Shown: in pieces, positions 40,560 through 54,026 of the stretch | How positions within the stretch are numbered: the stretch's first letter is position 1 | Layout of the letters: every line of letters starts with the position of its first letter | Source of the DNA: the human T2T-CHM13v2.0 reference genome, Homo sapiens | Strand: one strand, 5' to 3' | Assembly: GCF_009914755.1 (NCBI RefSeq) | Contig: NC_060928.1 | DNA length: 64,000 nucleotides | Translations under genes and position numbers: made by a program | The notes under the pieces: generated by a model | Told to the model about the DNA's origin: nothing | Database searches by the model: none | What the model saw: the letters and a program-made list of their open reading frames with translations, nothing else

Positions 40560-41125
40560 CCATCTCACACCCTTCAAGGCAACTGTTTCCTACCTTCTCT
40601 TTTCTCCTCACAGTTCAATACCTTCTGGCTTCCTCTCTCTGGCTTTCTGTTTCATTGAGAAAATAAAATCAGTCAGAAGAGAACCTGTACGTGCTCCCTC
40701 CACCCACCTACCTCTACCCAACCACCAGCATTTATTTTTACGGTTGAACTAGCTATGCTCTTCTTTAAGGCCAGCCTCCTCCTGGGCCCTGGACCACACC
40801 CCCTCCAGCATACTGAAGGACATTCCATTTCTCTAGCAAGTCTTCCTTCTCTCCATCACATCATTACTCTCTCCACTATATTAGATAATTCCCATCACCC
40901 TGGAATTCTTCCATAGCCTTCCTTTATCTAATTTTAAAAAATAATATCTAGTTTATTTTCAAGCTTTGACTCCATATCTCTGCTCACCTTTAGAACAAAT
41001 CCCCTTAGGGAGGCACTGTTGTCAATGCCTCTGTTGAATTTTGGTTTCTCTACTTGGGTCCTGAAGTTTCCCTTGACTTTGCGGCTAAGTCTTCTAGGTA
41101 TGATCACTGTCTCCAGGTCTTCTCC
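40560..41125 (+). mobile_element. L2 internal fragment, interrupted by inverted-repeat arm B
   Basis: ttcattgagaaaataaaatcagtcagaagagaac...ccatatctctgctcacctttag...[arm B]...cactgtctcca. Confidence 0.7.
41013..41104 (-). repeat. arm B of a 92 bp inverted repeat
   Basis: Reverse complement of 39389-39480. Confidence 0.97.
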
Positions 41126-41231
41126 AACTATATATATACCTACCATTCACATAATCTCTTATTAATAATTCACATACAATAAAATTCACCCTTTTTGCTG
41201 TATTTTGTTATGAGTTTTGACATATAGTCAC

Positions 41232-43049
41232 TTTTTAGTCAATTTTTACACTGCTGTAAAGAACTAGCTGAGACTGGGTAATTTATAAAGAAGAGAAGTT
41301 TAATTGACTCACAGTTCTGCATGGCTGGGAAGGCCTTAGGAAACTTACAATCATGGCAGAAGGTGAAGGGCAAGCAAGGCACATTCTTCACAAGGTGGCA
41401 GGCCATCGGATCTCATGAGAACTCCCTCACTATCACTAGAAGAGTGTGGGGGAAATCGCCCCATGATGCAATCACCTCCCACTGGTCCTTCCTCAACATA
41501 AAGGGATTGCAATTCAAGATGAAATTTGGGTGGGGACACAAAGCCTTGCACAGTGCAAGCTGTCAGTAGATCTACCATTCTGGGGTCTGGAGGATGGTGG
41601 CCCTCTTCGCAGAGCTCCACTGGGCAGTGCCCCAGTGAGGACTCTGTGTAGAGCACCAACCCCACATTTCCCCTCTGCATTGCCCTACTAGAGTTTCTCC
41701 ATGAGGGCTCCACCCCTGCAGCAGCCTTCTGCCTGGACATCCAAGTGTTTCCATACATCCTCTGAAATCTAGGTGGAGGTTCCCAAAGCTCATCTCTTGT
41801 CTTCTGCACACCTGCAGACCCAACACTACATGGAGGCTGCTAAGGCTTGTGGCTTGCACCCTCTGAAGCCGTAGCCTGAGCTCCACATTGGCCCCTTTTA
41901 CCATGGCTGGAGCTAGAGTGGCTAGGAAACAGGGTGCCAAGTCCTAAGGCTGCACAGAGCAGCAGGGCCCTGAGCCTGGCCCAGGAAACCATTTTTTCCT
42001 TCTTGGCCTCTGGGCCTGTGATGAAAGGGGCTACCATAAAGATCTCCAAAGTGACGTGGAGTCAGTTTCCCTGTTGTCTTGGCTATTAACATTCAGCTCC
42101 TCATTACTTATGCTAATTTCTGCGGCAGACTTGAATTTTTCCCCAGAAAAAATTGTTTTTTCTTTTCTACCTCACGGTCAGGCTGCAAATTTTCCAAATT
42201 TTTATGCTCTACTTCCCATTCAAATAAAAGTTCCAGTTTCAGATAATCTCTTTGTAAATGCATATGACTGAACACTTTGAGAATCAGCCAGCTCTTGAAT
42301 GCTTTTCTGCTTAGAAATCTCTTCCACCAGATACTCTAAATCATTTTTCTCAAGTTCAAAGTTCCACAGATCTCTAGGGCAGGGGCAAAATGCCACCAGT
42401 CTCTTTGCTGGAGCATAGCATGAGTGACCTTTACTCCAGTTCCCAAGAAGTTCCTCATCTCTGTCTGAGAGCACCTCAGCCTGGACTTCATTGTCTATAT
42501 CACAATCAGCATTTTGGTCAAAATAATTCAACAAGTCTTTAGGAAGTTCCAAACTTTCCCACATCTTGCTGTCTTCTGTGCCCTCCAAACTGTTCCAACC
42601 TCTGCCGGTTACCCAGTTCCAAAGTCACTTCTACATTTTCAGGTTATCTTTATAACACCCCACTCTCAGTACCCATTTACTATATTAGTCTGTTTTCACA
42701 CTGCTATAAAGAACATTGCTGAGACTGGGTAATTTATAAAGGATAGAGGTTTAGTTGATTCATAGTTCTGCATGGCTGTGGAGGCCTCCAGAAACTTACA
42801 ATCACAGCAGAAGGCAAAAGGGAAGCAAGGCATATTCTTCACAAGGTGGACGGAAAGACACAGAGAGCACAGGAGAAACTGCCACTTTTAAACCATCAGT
42901 TCTCATGAGAACTTCCTCACTATCACGAGAACACCATGGGGGAAACCACCCCCATGATTCAATCATCTCCCACCAGGTCCCTCCCTTGACATGTGGGGGT
43001 TACAATTTGAGATGAGATTTGGGCAGGGACAGAGAAACAAACCATATCA
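41232..43049 (-). mobile_element. THE1D-like MaLR provirus (LTR-int-LTR) with an internal deletion
   Basis: LTRs ~41232-41545 (truncated) and 42681-43049; internal ORF remnant 42220-42588 (MWESLELP..LLN.FDQNAD...EELLGNWSKG..CY...KRLVAFCPCPRDLWNFELE); perfect TSD gtcac (41227-41231 / 43050-43054). Confidence 0.95.
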
Positions 43050-43278
43050 GTCACAGTCTGCTAGTACAAACTGCTAACACAACCAAGACATAGACATAAC
43101 TTATTGAACTCCCCCAAAAAAGGAAGAGAAATCTTGACAGTGTGGTGGCAGCATGTGAAGGTGAGGGTGTCATTCTTTAGGAAGTCTCTTCCTCTTTTGG
43201 CATATTTTCTTCATGTACTTTAATGTTTCAACATTCCAGTGCTCTTGAACTTAAACTGCTCTTGAAAATAAACTTATA

Positions 43279-43454
<176 letters not shown>

Positions 43455-43849
43455 TTAAGGCTAAATTTGAAGTTTCTTAGAAACACTTGCACATAAAGTG
43501 TGCACACAAGAGACTAAGAAGCCTAAAAGATACCAACCTCTTCATTTCACTCAAAAACATTTTTGGTCCCTGCAAACAGGCAGTGCAATTCTAATTTTTT
43601 CATATGATATTCTCTGATTAGAAGCTGTTAGGTTGAGTAAACTGTGGAACATATATTTGCATAAAAGTGTAACATTGCAATAAACTATTTACAGCATGTT
43701 TATTTGGTTTGTTTTTTAAGTAAGAGTTGTTATATACCTAAGAAAAGGAACCATGTAAAAAACGAGATTCTTTTTGAAGAGGTTTTATGGTGAAAACTTG
43801 TAAACTGAATAGTCCTATTGTGAGGAAAAATTGAGTATTCACCTCCACC

Positions 43850-44470
43850 ACTGACAGCATTATATCTCACATGAATTGTTGCAAAGGCCACCAAATTTAT
43901 CTACACAGACTCTTCTCAACGCAGTAGCTACATCATATCCCCCTCTGCTCAAAGCTCTCTGGCTTCTTCTGTTATTCAGTACATGCCAAAGTCCTTACAG
44001 TGTGCTGGAGGACCTATAGCACCTTGCCTTTCATTTCTATGACTTTTTGAAACTCTGTCTTTCTCACTTACCCACCTGGTACCACTGCCCTTCCTTCAGC
44101 ATCTGAAATGCACCAGGTGTACTCTGACCACAGGCCATTTGCATCAGCTATTCGTGCAATGAATGAGCATGTGCAATGAGCATATCAGCAATCAGTGTCT
44201 GTATGGCTCATTTCTTCACCCTCTTTCAGTCTTTATTCAAATAAAACCTCTTTGGTGAGGATATCACTGATCACCCATGTAAAATTTGGTAAGTTCTCAA
44301 CCCTAATACTTTCTATCTTTTATTTTTCTTCACCACATCTCTCATTTTCTAATATCTTGTAAGATCTATTTATTCAATTTGCTTCCTGTCTCTCTCTCTT
44401 CTCACTAGATAATGAGTTCATTGACTTTTGTCAGTTTCATTCCATTATCACATCAGTGTCAAATAGGGAC
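43850..44470 (+). mobile_element. L2a 3' portion
   Basis: cctctgctcaaagctctctggctt...aaagtccttaca...cacaggccatttgcatcagctatt...cactagataatgagttca. Confidence 0.8.
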
Positions 44471-44866
44471 CTTCTTTATCCAAGACTTACAGCACTCAGG
44501 AGAAGTTACTGACCAGATTTTCCAAGACTTTGACACTAACCTTTAGGAAAGTCTGTGTCTTAATCAAAGTATGAGATCAAATACGTCCTAGCTCAATACC
44601 TCTCTTGACCCAATTCACATTTTCCAGCATTTAGCATATACACATCCACCTACATTTCTATTATTTCTCTCTGTTTTACCTTCTTTTATTGTTTTCCAGT
44701 GGGTATTGAGGAAAGTGATAAAGACAGAAATGCTCTTTTAGCTATTGAACTTACCAGGTAGCCACATCTCTGTTTTAAAAGTATTTATATAAGTTTTACT
44801 TATAAGCCCTTAGCAGGAAGAAATGGATGACTTTCTGGATACACTGGTCATTGCAATACGCTAGCA

Positions 44867-45057
44867 CAGCAGATTTTCACATTTCGTTGTGCATCAGAAT
44901 CACCTGGAGGCCTTGCTAAAATAAATTTCTGGGACCCATCACCCCCACAGTTTCTGATTCAGTAGTTCTGAGGTGGAGTCTGATCATTTTAATTTCTAAC
45001 ATATACGCAAGTGATGCCAATTCTGCTGGTCTGGGGACTACATTGTGAGTACTACCA
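44867..45057. mobile_element. MER5A (hAT-Charlie) MITE
   Basis: tgcatcagaatcacctggaggccttgctaaaa...gtttctgattcagtag...tttctaaca...ctgctggtctggggactaca. Confidence 0.9.
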
Positions 45058-45442
45058 TGATAATAAAGTGTTTTCATTTTAGGTATGTCTAGAATTCTCT
45101 AAGGAGTAAAACTAGGAAAACATACTATAAAACATTGTAAGTATTCATAAAATCTTATAAGAATGATAGAAAACCTGCCACAACCAAAATGAGCATGTAC
45201 ACATTTCAGATGAGAAGATTCCCAGCCCCCTGCTTCCTGCCTCATCATCTGAGTCTAATCTTGGAGTCACTGTGAACTAGCTTTGTAACCTAGAACTAGG
45301 CATGCCAACAGCTTTCATGGCTGTGCAATGATGCTCATGGATCATAAGGTCTCATTGCATTTATGTGTTGTCTAGATGTGTATTTTCAAACACATGTGGA
45401 TTTTAATGTGTATGTTAAGACCCTTATCTCTTCCACTAAATA

Positions 45443-45790
45443 TATGCATAGCCCATTTTATTGTACTTTGCACAGATACTGCATTTTTAAAAAATTGAAG
45501 GTTAATGGCAATGCTGCATCAAGCAAGCCTATCAACACCATTTTCCTAGCAGAATGTGCTCACTTCGTGTCTCTGTGTCAGCAATTTTTTTTGGAATGAT
45601 GTATTCTAAAATTAACATATGTAAATTGTTTTTAAGGCTTTATGTTATTGCACACTTAATAGACTACAGTATAGTGTAAACATAACTTTTATGTACACTG
45701 AGGAATCAAAAATGTGTGTGACTTGCTTCACAGAGATACTTTATTGTGGTGGTCTGGAGCCAAACCTGTAATATCTCCAAGGCATGCCTG
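45443..45790. mobile_element. Tigger1 internal-deletion derivative
   Basis: aaattgaaggtt..tggcaatgctgcatcaagcaag; attgcacacttaatagactacagtatagtgtaaacataactttt; ends atatctccaaggcatgcctg; TA/CA flanks. Confidence 0.9.
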
Positions 45791-47949
45791 CACAATATTT
45801 TTTAAAAAGTGTGCCACAAATGATAACCAATTAATGAATGTAAGACAATCATCACATAGGCAAACTTGGACTTTTCAAGGTAAATGTTCAGTTTTTAGTG
45901 CTTCTCCCCAGAGCCCTCCCATTTCCATCTCTACACATAGTTGGACCATAGGGGAAAGCTTATCTCAGTATGGAAACAGGAGTGGGGATCTGGGCTGTGT
46001 GTTAGCTTCTTTGCTGGTTCCCACCAACTTCTGGCCTAAGGGTAGCTCATGCTTCCTGGTCTAGGCTACTATAAAGTCTAAACCTTGGACTCTACTCTCA
46101 GAGCTGCTGCGTGGGAGGTATCTGCTGCTCCTTGCTGTGACTTCTCCCAGAAGCTCAGCCATCTTCCCCTGATGAGTGGACCCTCCGTCTCTGCTCTTGC
46201 TTCCTTTATGAACTCTCTGACATTCCTGCATTGTTCATCTGACTGGATTCTTTGGGCTTTTCCATCCTGTAGCCTCCTCTACAGAGGGCCCTTGCCCCAT
46301 GCTCCTTGAACACGGAGTCCAGTCTCTCACTTCTCACTACCTTCCTTGTCCCAAACAGGGTCACCTCCGAACTTGGAGATTCCTTCCATGTCACCCACCG
46401 TCTTTGAGGAAAATTGGAGGTGACCTTGTAGATACCCTTTTTAGCCTCAACTGAACTCCACTTTTACTTGACTACTGTCTCCTTTTATGCATTTTAGACA
46501 CTCAGTCATTCTCTTTCTAAAATTTCAAAAAGAAATTGAGGCAAGCTGTTTTTCTTTCAGCTTCTCTCTCAGCCTATCAATAATATGTCTAACATGTTAC
46601 CCAACTTGATTAGAAATTCAAGGAGTGAATATTGCTTTAGAAAGCCCTAGGCAGCATCTTCATCCCCATCTCCTGGCTCTCTTCCCCGTGTTAGCATGGT
46701 TCTTCCTTTCCTATTGGAAATAAACATACATATTCTTTCTTATCATCCCTACACAATGGCTAAAGGCAAATATAGCTCAGAAATTCAGCCTCGTCTTTTA
46801 TACATAAAATTGGGAAATTTAAGAAAAATAATCTCTCTTTATGAAAAGGAGACTGTCAAGACTATTATCTCACTATGCACTTTAAAAAATCTACTATGAA
46901 ACTCAAAATTGAGCAATGAATTCTTTGTTCTGGTTGGTAGCCACAATCTCCTGAAAGGAATGAATGGCATTGATTCATTGAGCAGGGGAAACTGCTAGGC
47001 AACACAGTTTATGGGGAAGGAAAATACCTTGTTTTAATATTTTTTTGAAAATATTATCCCTGCTGCAAACATAGGAAAGTATACCTGAAAAGGGGAACAG
47101 CAAAATTCCAGTGAGACAGCAGTAGAAAGTTTTAACTGTGGCTAATGCCAGTGGGGAGGCTGCAAAAAAATAAAGAAAATATAAAATTGGGGGAGGAAAA
47201 GTCGTCGACAAAGACTCCAAAAAGTGGAATTCAGAATGGAATCTGTCCTACTCTCACCAAAAAAAAATTAAAGCTAGAAATTCTGGAAGATTTCTTCTAC
47301 TACAGTGTTAAAAGAGCATTTGACACTTTTGTAGACGCAATAAAATAGAAGGTGTTATGGTATGAAAAGCATTTTCTCAAGGAACCCAGAGGGCTTGAGC
47401 AGTAAGTACAATTACAAAGAATCAAAAATTAAGGAAGTTCCAATATCAAATAGAAGCTCGGGAATAGCCTAAGCAACATGCCACCTCTGGGGCCAGATGA
47501 CATCCTTTTTTCTTGCTTAACTATGCAGTTTATAAATGTCTGCACATATGCAATGGGAAAGGGAATTTGGGAGGCATTTCATCATGATATTTGTATACAT
47601 TACTCTGTATATTTAATGTCAATTTTATATTTCCTCAGCTTATATTTAATCTTTTAACACGAGTGCTTTTCACTGTCTTTGGTGCATGGCAGGCCTTCTC
47701 AGGAAAGCTAGCAGACATGTTTTGTAAATCTCTACAAGCAACACAATAGATGTGAAAACAGCATTATGCATTTGAAAGCGTGAAATTTTGAAAACCAGGA
47801 AATTTGAAAGCAGGAAATTTTTCTTAGCCATCTTTGGATTCCTAGTGCCTAGCTCAATGCTTGTCAAATAGCAGGTACTCAGTAAATGCTTCATGAAAAT
47901 ATCACATTATTTGAAAGTCTCTATCATAAACCTCCTATCTACCTGCTAA

Positions 47950-48149
47950 AAGACTAAATTCATAGAATTTGAACATTTAAAGACATTTTAGGATTCATCT
48001 AGAGAAATCCAGTTGCCTCACTTCAGAGACAAGGAAATTGAGACCCAGAGAAATTAGGAAATTTGATCAAGGTCTCCCAGGAAAGCAATGACACAATCAG
48101 GACTGGAACCCATGTCCTCAATTCTTATTTTCATGCTCTTTCATTTCAC
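47950..48149 (-). mobile_element. MIR fragment
   Basis: cagagacaaggaaattgagacccagagaaattagg...caaggtctcccag...caggactggaaccc. Confidence 0.75.
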
Positions 48150-48707
48150 TGTTTTAAAACGTAGGTCTTATTATTATTCAGGGATGACAAGGCCAACAGT
48201 TAAGGAGACAGCTGCCATTGAAAAGAGAGTTTGTTGTGCTCATAGATCCCAAGAGGAAGGGGTGCGTCGTAGCATGAGGGAGCCATATGGGAAGGCAACA
48301 GTATGGGTCGGGATACCGAGGGAGTAGAGGGAAATGTGGACAAGAACCTTTACTGTGGTTTCTGCAGGAAGAAATGAGTTAGGGAGGGAAAGCAGGATTA
48401 AAATTGGCTATTTTGAATAATTTCAGTGGTCCTGGGGCATAGAGGATGTCCCTAATTGTCTGGTACCTAGCCCTGGGGTGATGAGAGCAGGTCAATAGTG
48501 GCCCAGAGTGTGACAGCTGGATAGAAGAGGTGGTTGGGGAGGTGGACTCTAGATTGGTTGGTTTGTGTTTTAAGAACAGGCTCTCAGGCAAGTTGTTTAC
48601 CATCTCTAGGAATTAGCTAATCCTGGGAGGAGCTGCCCCTCCAGTGTCAGTGAGCCTCAGATGTCACAGCATCAAAATATGAAAAATAAAAAGACAGGCT
48701 CAATACA
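48150..48707 (-). mobile_element. MER74-like ERVL solo LTR
   Basis: TG...CA ends; atctctaggaattagctaatcctgggagg...cagatgtcacagcatcaa...aataca; flanks ttcac/ctcac. Confidence 0.8.
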
Positions 48708-50009
48708 CTCACCACCCTGAGTTTCATAAGTCTTCACTGTATTAAAATTTTAGTTTGGATTTTGTGAATTTACCTGCCATTGCTTCAGTACTGTACAATA
48801 AAATAATTAGAAATAGGGGGCTTCCACATGAAGTTCTTAAGGATTCTGGGTCTTCAGAGTTATGAAAAATGTCTTTTGGATCATAATCTAGACAATCTTT
48901 TCTGATTATTTATCTAAAACTAAAAGCAGGAAATGATTCATTTGATTTCTGCCAATCCTGGAGTGTTGCCACTTTCGGCTCAGGAAGAGCTGGCTTCCCT
49001 TGGCAGTCCTCACTTGTAGGATGATGAATGAAGTTCTATGTTTGGTGCTAGCTAAAATTTTATAGGGTCTAAAAAAGCAATTTATACATGCTTCAGGAGG
49101 TGGCTATATTTTTTTCTTTTTTAGATAGCTCTTAGTCACAGTAGGGCACTCAACATACATATATCACATTGAGAGGTCATTATACAGGAAGCTTGAAACT
49201 TTGCTCTGTGTGTTGATAAACATGTTCTTGGCTTCTACAAGCCTGATGTGTGCTCAGAATTCGGCACATAGGTATTAGCTGAATTCTGAATTTTCCCAGT
49301 TATTTTCACACCTCAGGAACCCATGACCCTCAATGGGATATTGTGAGAAAATGAAATAGCCTAACAAAACATTTTCTTGGTTCCAAGAGTCAATGTTGGT
49401 ATTCACAAACAGGAGAGGCTAGTTCTCTTCTCTTGTAAATGTCAGGCTTGGGTTGAATGGCCTGGCATGCTAGCCAGTCAGTCAACTAAGTTGTTAAGGG
49501 TCAAAGCTAACTCAAAGAACAATGGCCATGGGCCAAACCAACCACTTACTTAAAGTGATGAGCTCTTTAAACACTTGCAACCCACCAAGCCTCATCCATA
49601 TTGCATTTTTGTTGAGAGTTTTTGTTTATCTTTTTTCATTTTGAAATATCTGAGCAGTGGTCTCTCTTAATCAAGTTTTAAGACGCTCTCTAGATTATCT
49701 TCCTGGTTTCTCTCATGACAGCAGTTTTGTTTTCTTTGTTTTTTTCTTCCCTTTGCAATTCCAAATGCCTGTTGTCGCAGCACTGCAAAAGAAGTCAGGG
49801 CTGAGGAACAGCTCTGCCAGGCATTGGCTGAAGAGCCTCAGGGAAGTTATTACACCACTTAGTCTGCATTTGTAATATTAGGACCCAAATTTTATCTGCT
49901 GTTTAGAAGAATTATGTAGTAATATGGACAAAAACTTGTGATAATTTTTAATAAAAAACATAACCTATAAATAATGTACACAGAGAATTATTTTATGTTG
50001 TGGAAGGGC

Positions 50010-50445
50010 TGCGAGAAGTTCATCAAACCTGTGTCCTTTTTCTTCTTTGCTCTCAGTTACCCGATATGGCTCAGTCTTTCTTGGAGTTAGTGGTGATCAC
50101 GTTACCAACTTATTACTTAATGTACTACCAACTTACTACTAAGTTCTAGGCAATGGACTATGAAAGAAAGCACTGTGCCTACTTCCAGCTCCACCAATAA
50201 AATGTTCCTTGAAGATCCCCCAGCCGTTTTCCTTACACCTGCAATCTTGGAAGCCCTGGATTAAAGATGCCAGAATCGCAAGGTGGCAAAATCCTGGGTC
50301 TATGAACTATTGCTGAGAGGAGAGACACCCTGTAATCAGAGTCATCCATTTGAACTTCATTTGAGGGAAGTGTAAATTCTATTGGTTAACCTGTTTATAT
50401 TTGGGTGCTACTCTATTACAGCACATAGCAATACATGAATATGTA
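50010..50445 (+). mobile_element. MLT1H/I/J-like LTR remnant
   Basis: ctaagttctaggcaatgg...aagatgccagaatcgcaaggtggcaaaatcctgggtctatgaa...ttacagcacatagc. Confidence 0.6.
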
Positions 50446-51101
50446 ATAGCTTTTAAAAGGCATGCATAAAAATATAGAGAGAAGGGTATGTTATCAGTCT
50501 GTTTGGGTGGTGGGATTGCAAATAGATTTTAATTTTCTTGATCTGTTCTTTATAGGGATATTTAAAAATCTTCTTTAAGAAACATGTATGGATTTTTTTA
50601 ATTTCAAAAATTATTTAGAGGAGAAAAAAGAAAGAAGAAAAGTGGGATGCCATAAAGATAAAAGAATATGACCTCCCTAATCTGGGCATTGTCTGACCAG
50701 GTGTAATCTCATTTCACATTCAATCTAAACATACTAGTCGTACATTGACCCTGCATGCTAGCTGCTGAGATACTAAGCATAATAAAAGATTATCCCACTG
50801 GATCACAAAATATCCACAGTATATCAAGGACTATAGCCTGTAATTTAGATAAGACTTTCTAGAAGGAATGATGCCTGCACTAAGTTGTTAGCAAAGTAAA
50901 ATGGAAAAAATAAAAGCATAAAACAGGCTCAGCTCTGAGAAAAAAGCACACTGTGTCCAGGGCACTAGCTAAAGCCCCAGTCTAGCCAGAATTTTAGACC
51001 TACAGGTCTTCTTTATTTTTTCCACAGTACTAAATACAAGTCCTGGTATACAGTTAGTATACAGTAAATATTTGTCAAATAAATCATTTAAAATGGACAT
51101 T

Positions 51102-51990
51102 ACTCAAATCAATAAGAAGAAAAAAAAAAACAAGCCCATCAAAAAACAGGCTAAGGACATGAATAGACAATTCTCAAAAGAAGATATATAAATGACCAAC
51201 AAACACAAGAAAAAATGCTCAACATCACTAATGACCAGGAAAATGCAAATCAAAACCACAATGTGATACCACCTTACTCCTGCAAGAATGGCCATAATCA
51301 AAAAATCAAAAAATTGTAGATGTTGGCGTGGATGCAGCAAACAGGGAACACTTCTACCCTGCTGGTGGAAATGTAAATTATTATAACAACTGTGCAAAAC
51401 AGTGTGGAAATTTCTTAAAGAATTAAAAGTAGAACTACCATTTGATCCAGCAATTCCACTGCTAGGTATCCACCCAGACAGAAAGAAGTCATTATATGAA
51501 AAAGATACTTGCACATGCATATTTATAGCAGCACAATTTGCAATTGCAAAATGGTGGAACCAACCCAAATGCTAATCAATCAATGAGCGGATAAAGAAAC
51601 TGTGATATACATATATGATGGAAAACTACTCAGCCATAGAAAGGATGAATTAATGGCATTCACAGTGACCTGGATGAGACTGAAGACTATCATTCTAAGT
51701 GAAGTAACTCAGGATTGGAAAACAAAACATCGTATGTTCTTACTCATAAGTGAGAGCTAAGCTATGAGGATGCAAAGGCATAAGAATGACACAATGGACG
51801 CTGGGGACTCAGGGGGAAAGGGTGGGAAGGGGGTGAGGGATAAAAAGCTTACAAATAGGGTGCAGTGTAAACTGCTCAGGTGATGGGTGCAACAAAATCT
51901 CACAAATCACCACTAAAGAGCTTACTCACGTAACCAAACACAACTTGTTCCCCAATAACCTATGGAAATAAAAATAATAAAATAATAAAT
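51102..51990 (+). mobile_element. L1PB (L1PB1-like) 5'-truncated insertion
   Basis: ggctaaggacatgaatagacaattctcaaaagaaga...caaatcaccactaaagagcttactcacgtaaccaaa...aataacctatggaaataaaa; TSD aaaatggacatt / aaaatggacctt at a TT/AAAA site. Confidence 0.95.
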
Positions 51991-52332
51991 AAAATGGACC
52001 TTTCTGACAAGTGGTTATCCAGGCTCTTGCTTACACCCCTCTTATAATAGTGGGTATCTTGTGAGGCAACCCACTCCATCTCTAAGCAGCTCTGGCCACA
52101 GAACAGTCTACCTTGTATTAAGCCAATTGAAAACCCAGTTTCACCAGAGAGCAAATTTGCGTAAGAGAAGAGGGTCAGCTAACAGCAGAGTGATGATCTG
52201 CAATGGTGAGGAAGAAAGGGAGTTAGAAATGGGGAAAATAATTCAGGACAACAGGACACACTTCTGCTTTGTTCTTATTAAAAATTACTAACATATTGCT
52301 TTTCAAACATAGTTCCATAGGCAATTAAACTC

Positions 52333-52375
52333 GTGTGTGTGTGCATGTTTGTGTGTGTGTGTGTGTGTGTGTGTG
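52333..52375. repeat. (TG)n microsatellite
   Basis: gtgtgtgtgtgcatgtttgtgtgtgtgtgtgtgtgtgtgtgtg. Confidence 0.95.
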
Positions 52376-53590
52376 CCAGACACCATACAAGCACCTTGTA
52401 GTACTTGTGCTTTATCTCCTTTTCTCCTTTCACTACTTGCTGAGCACCACTGAAGTCAGGAAATCTCTATTTTATGACAAGGAAGCCAAGGTAAGGGCCA
52501 AGATGACTCAGTAAGTGAAACAGCCAAGATCTGAAGCTGTTTTCCCACCCAATTCCATGTGCTGTCAGAGAACCTTTTCCCCTGGAGAGCATTTTAGTTA
52601 CTGCTCTTGGAAAAATTTGGACAAAGCTTGCGGCATCATACAAATGTTGCCTGATTCAGCAGCTGAAGTGAGCAAGGGATGGACTCAGTCACTGATATGT
52701 CATATTCTGTCTTGCTGTTTGACATGTGAGCTTGAAGCTTTAACTTGAGTGTGAGTAATGGTGGAACTCAGGCACCACAGCCAGGCTAACAGGGGAGGAA
52801 ATTTTGGAAAGAAGTATAGCAAGAGGGTTCTGAGTGCAGGAGACCTGTTTACTGAGAGCCTGCAAAGCACACTGCCTTCCAACAGCAATGAGGCAGGGCT
52901 TATCGCAGGTACAGTCAGGAAGGCTATCTTGATGTGGGTTCCTGAGCAGATACCCTAAAGCACTTCTAATTTGACTATCCAAAGGCCTGACTCTCCCAGG
53001 GACCAGAACAAAGACTGGCTGACCAAAGTTGTCCAACTATGAGACAAGCAGTTAGAGTGGGAAGGGAGCCCAGCAAATGCTGCACTTTGTCATGGGCCCT
53101 GGCTCTCAGGCCCACTAAGGAAAGCCCTGGTCCCTCTGCTCCCCTTTCTGCTGTTCCTCCAATATGCTCTTCCATTCTGCATGAAATCTCATCTTGTTTC
53201 ACAGCTCAGTAGTACCTGCTGGCTTGGAAAACGTGGAGTTGAGAAACCTGGAGCTGCCAAGGCATTTTGGAGAAAACAACGCCTTGGTGTACACTGCGAT
53301 CCCTGGCCAGTACCTTTCACATCTTGAATGGAAAGCTCAGTGTCTCTGAGAGTGCACAGCCCAGCACTTGTGAAGAAATGAAAGGGATCATGTTCATAAT
53401 CACGATAAATATATTTGCATTATTTGCAAAGTGTACTGGAGTTCTTGATGACCTCCTGTTCAGTTTGATCTTTAATACGTGTTGTTAGCAGAGCAAGCAT
53501 TATTATATCCATTGTGTAGATAAATAAATTGAAGCTATAGAAATTAAATCACATGTATTTTATTATCAAGATTATTTTAATTTTACAATG

Positions 53591-54026
53591 TGTTATGGCT
53601 TCAACTGTGTCCTCCTAAAAACAATATGTTGACATCTTAACCTCCAGGACCTCAGAATGTGACTTTATTTAGAAATAGAGTCACTTCAGATGTAATTAAT
53701 TAAGGTAAGATGAGATCATATTGGAGTAGGTTGTGTGCCTAATCCAACATGACAGGTGTCCTGGTCAAAAGAAGCTATATGAAGAGACAGGGGCACATGC
53801 AGGGAGGGTGACCAAGGGAAGATGGAGGCAGAAATGAGCATTATGCTGCCACAAGCCAAATAATGCCCAAGCCACCAAAAACCAGAAGAGTTGAGGAAGG
53901 AAGCAAGGTCATACTGGCTCCTTGTTTTAGACTTCTGGCCTGCAGACCTCTGAGAGAATGAATGTCTGTTGTTTTAAGTCACCAGCTTAAGGTACTCTGC
54001 TCCGGCAGCCCTAAGGAACTAATACA
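53591..54026 (+). mobile_element. MLT1C-like solo LTR
   Basis: tgttatgg...cctcagaatgtgactttatt...ggcagccctaaggaactaataca; perfect TSD caatg. Confidence 0.92.

Noticed and set aside
39481-41012. Spacer plus 92 bp arms as a novel DNA transposon
   Set aside because: The interior is old L2/MLT1A sequence, with no TSD and no transposase; human DNA transposons are too old to keep ~98% identical TIRs
49254-49289. 12 bp stem tcagaattcggc / gctgaattctga
   Set aside because: Short, built on two self-palindromic GAATTC cores within an apparent L2 tail remnant; compatible with chance
51104-51568. 154 aa minus-strand ORF
   Set aside because: Antisense translation of L1PB; ORF 9316-9720 is the same kind of artefact from L1ME
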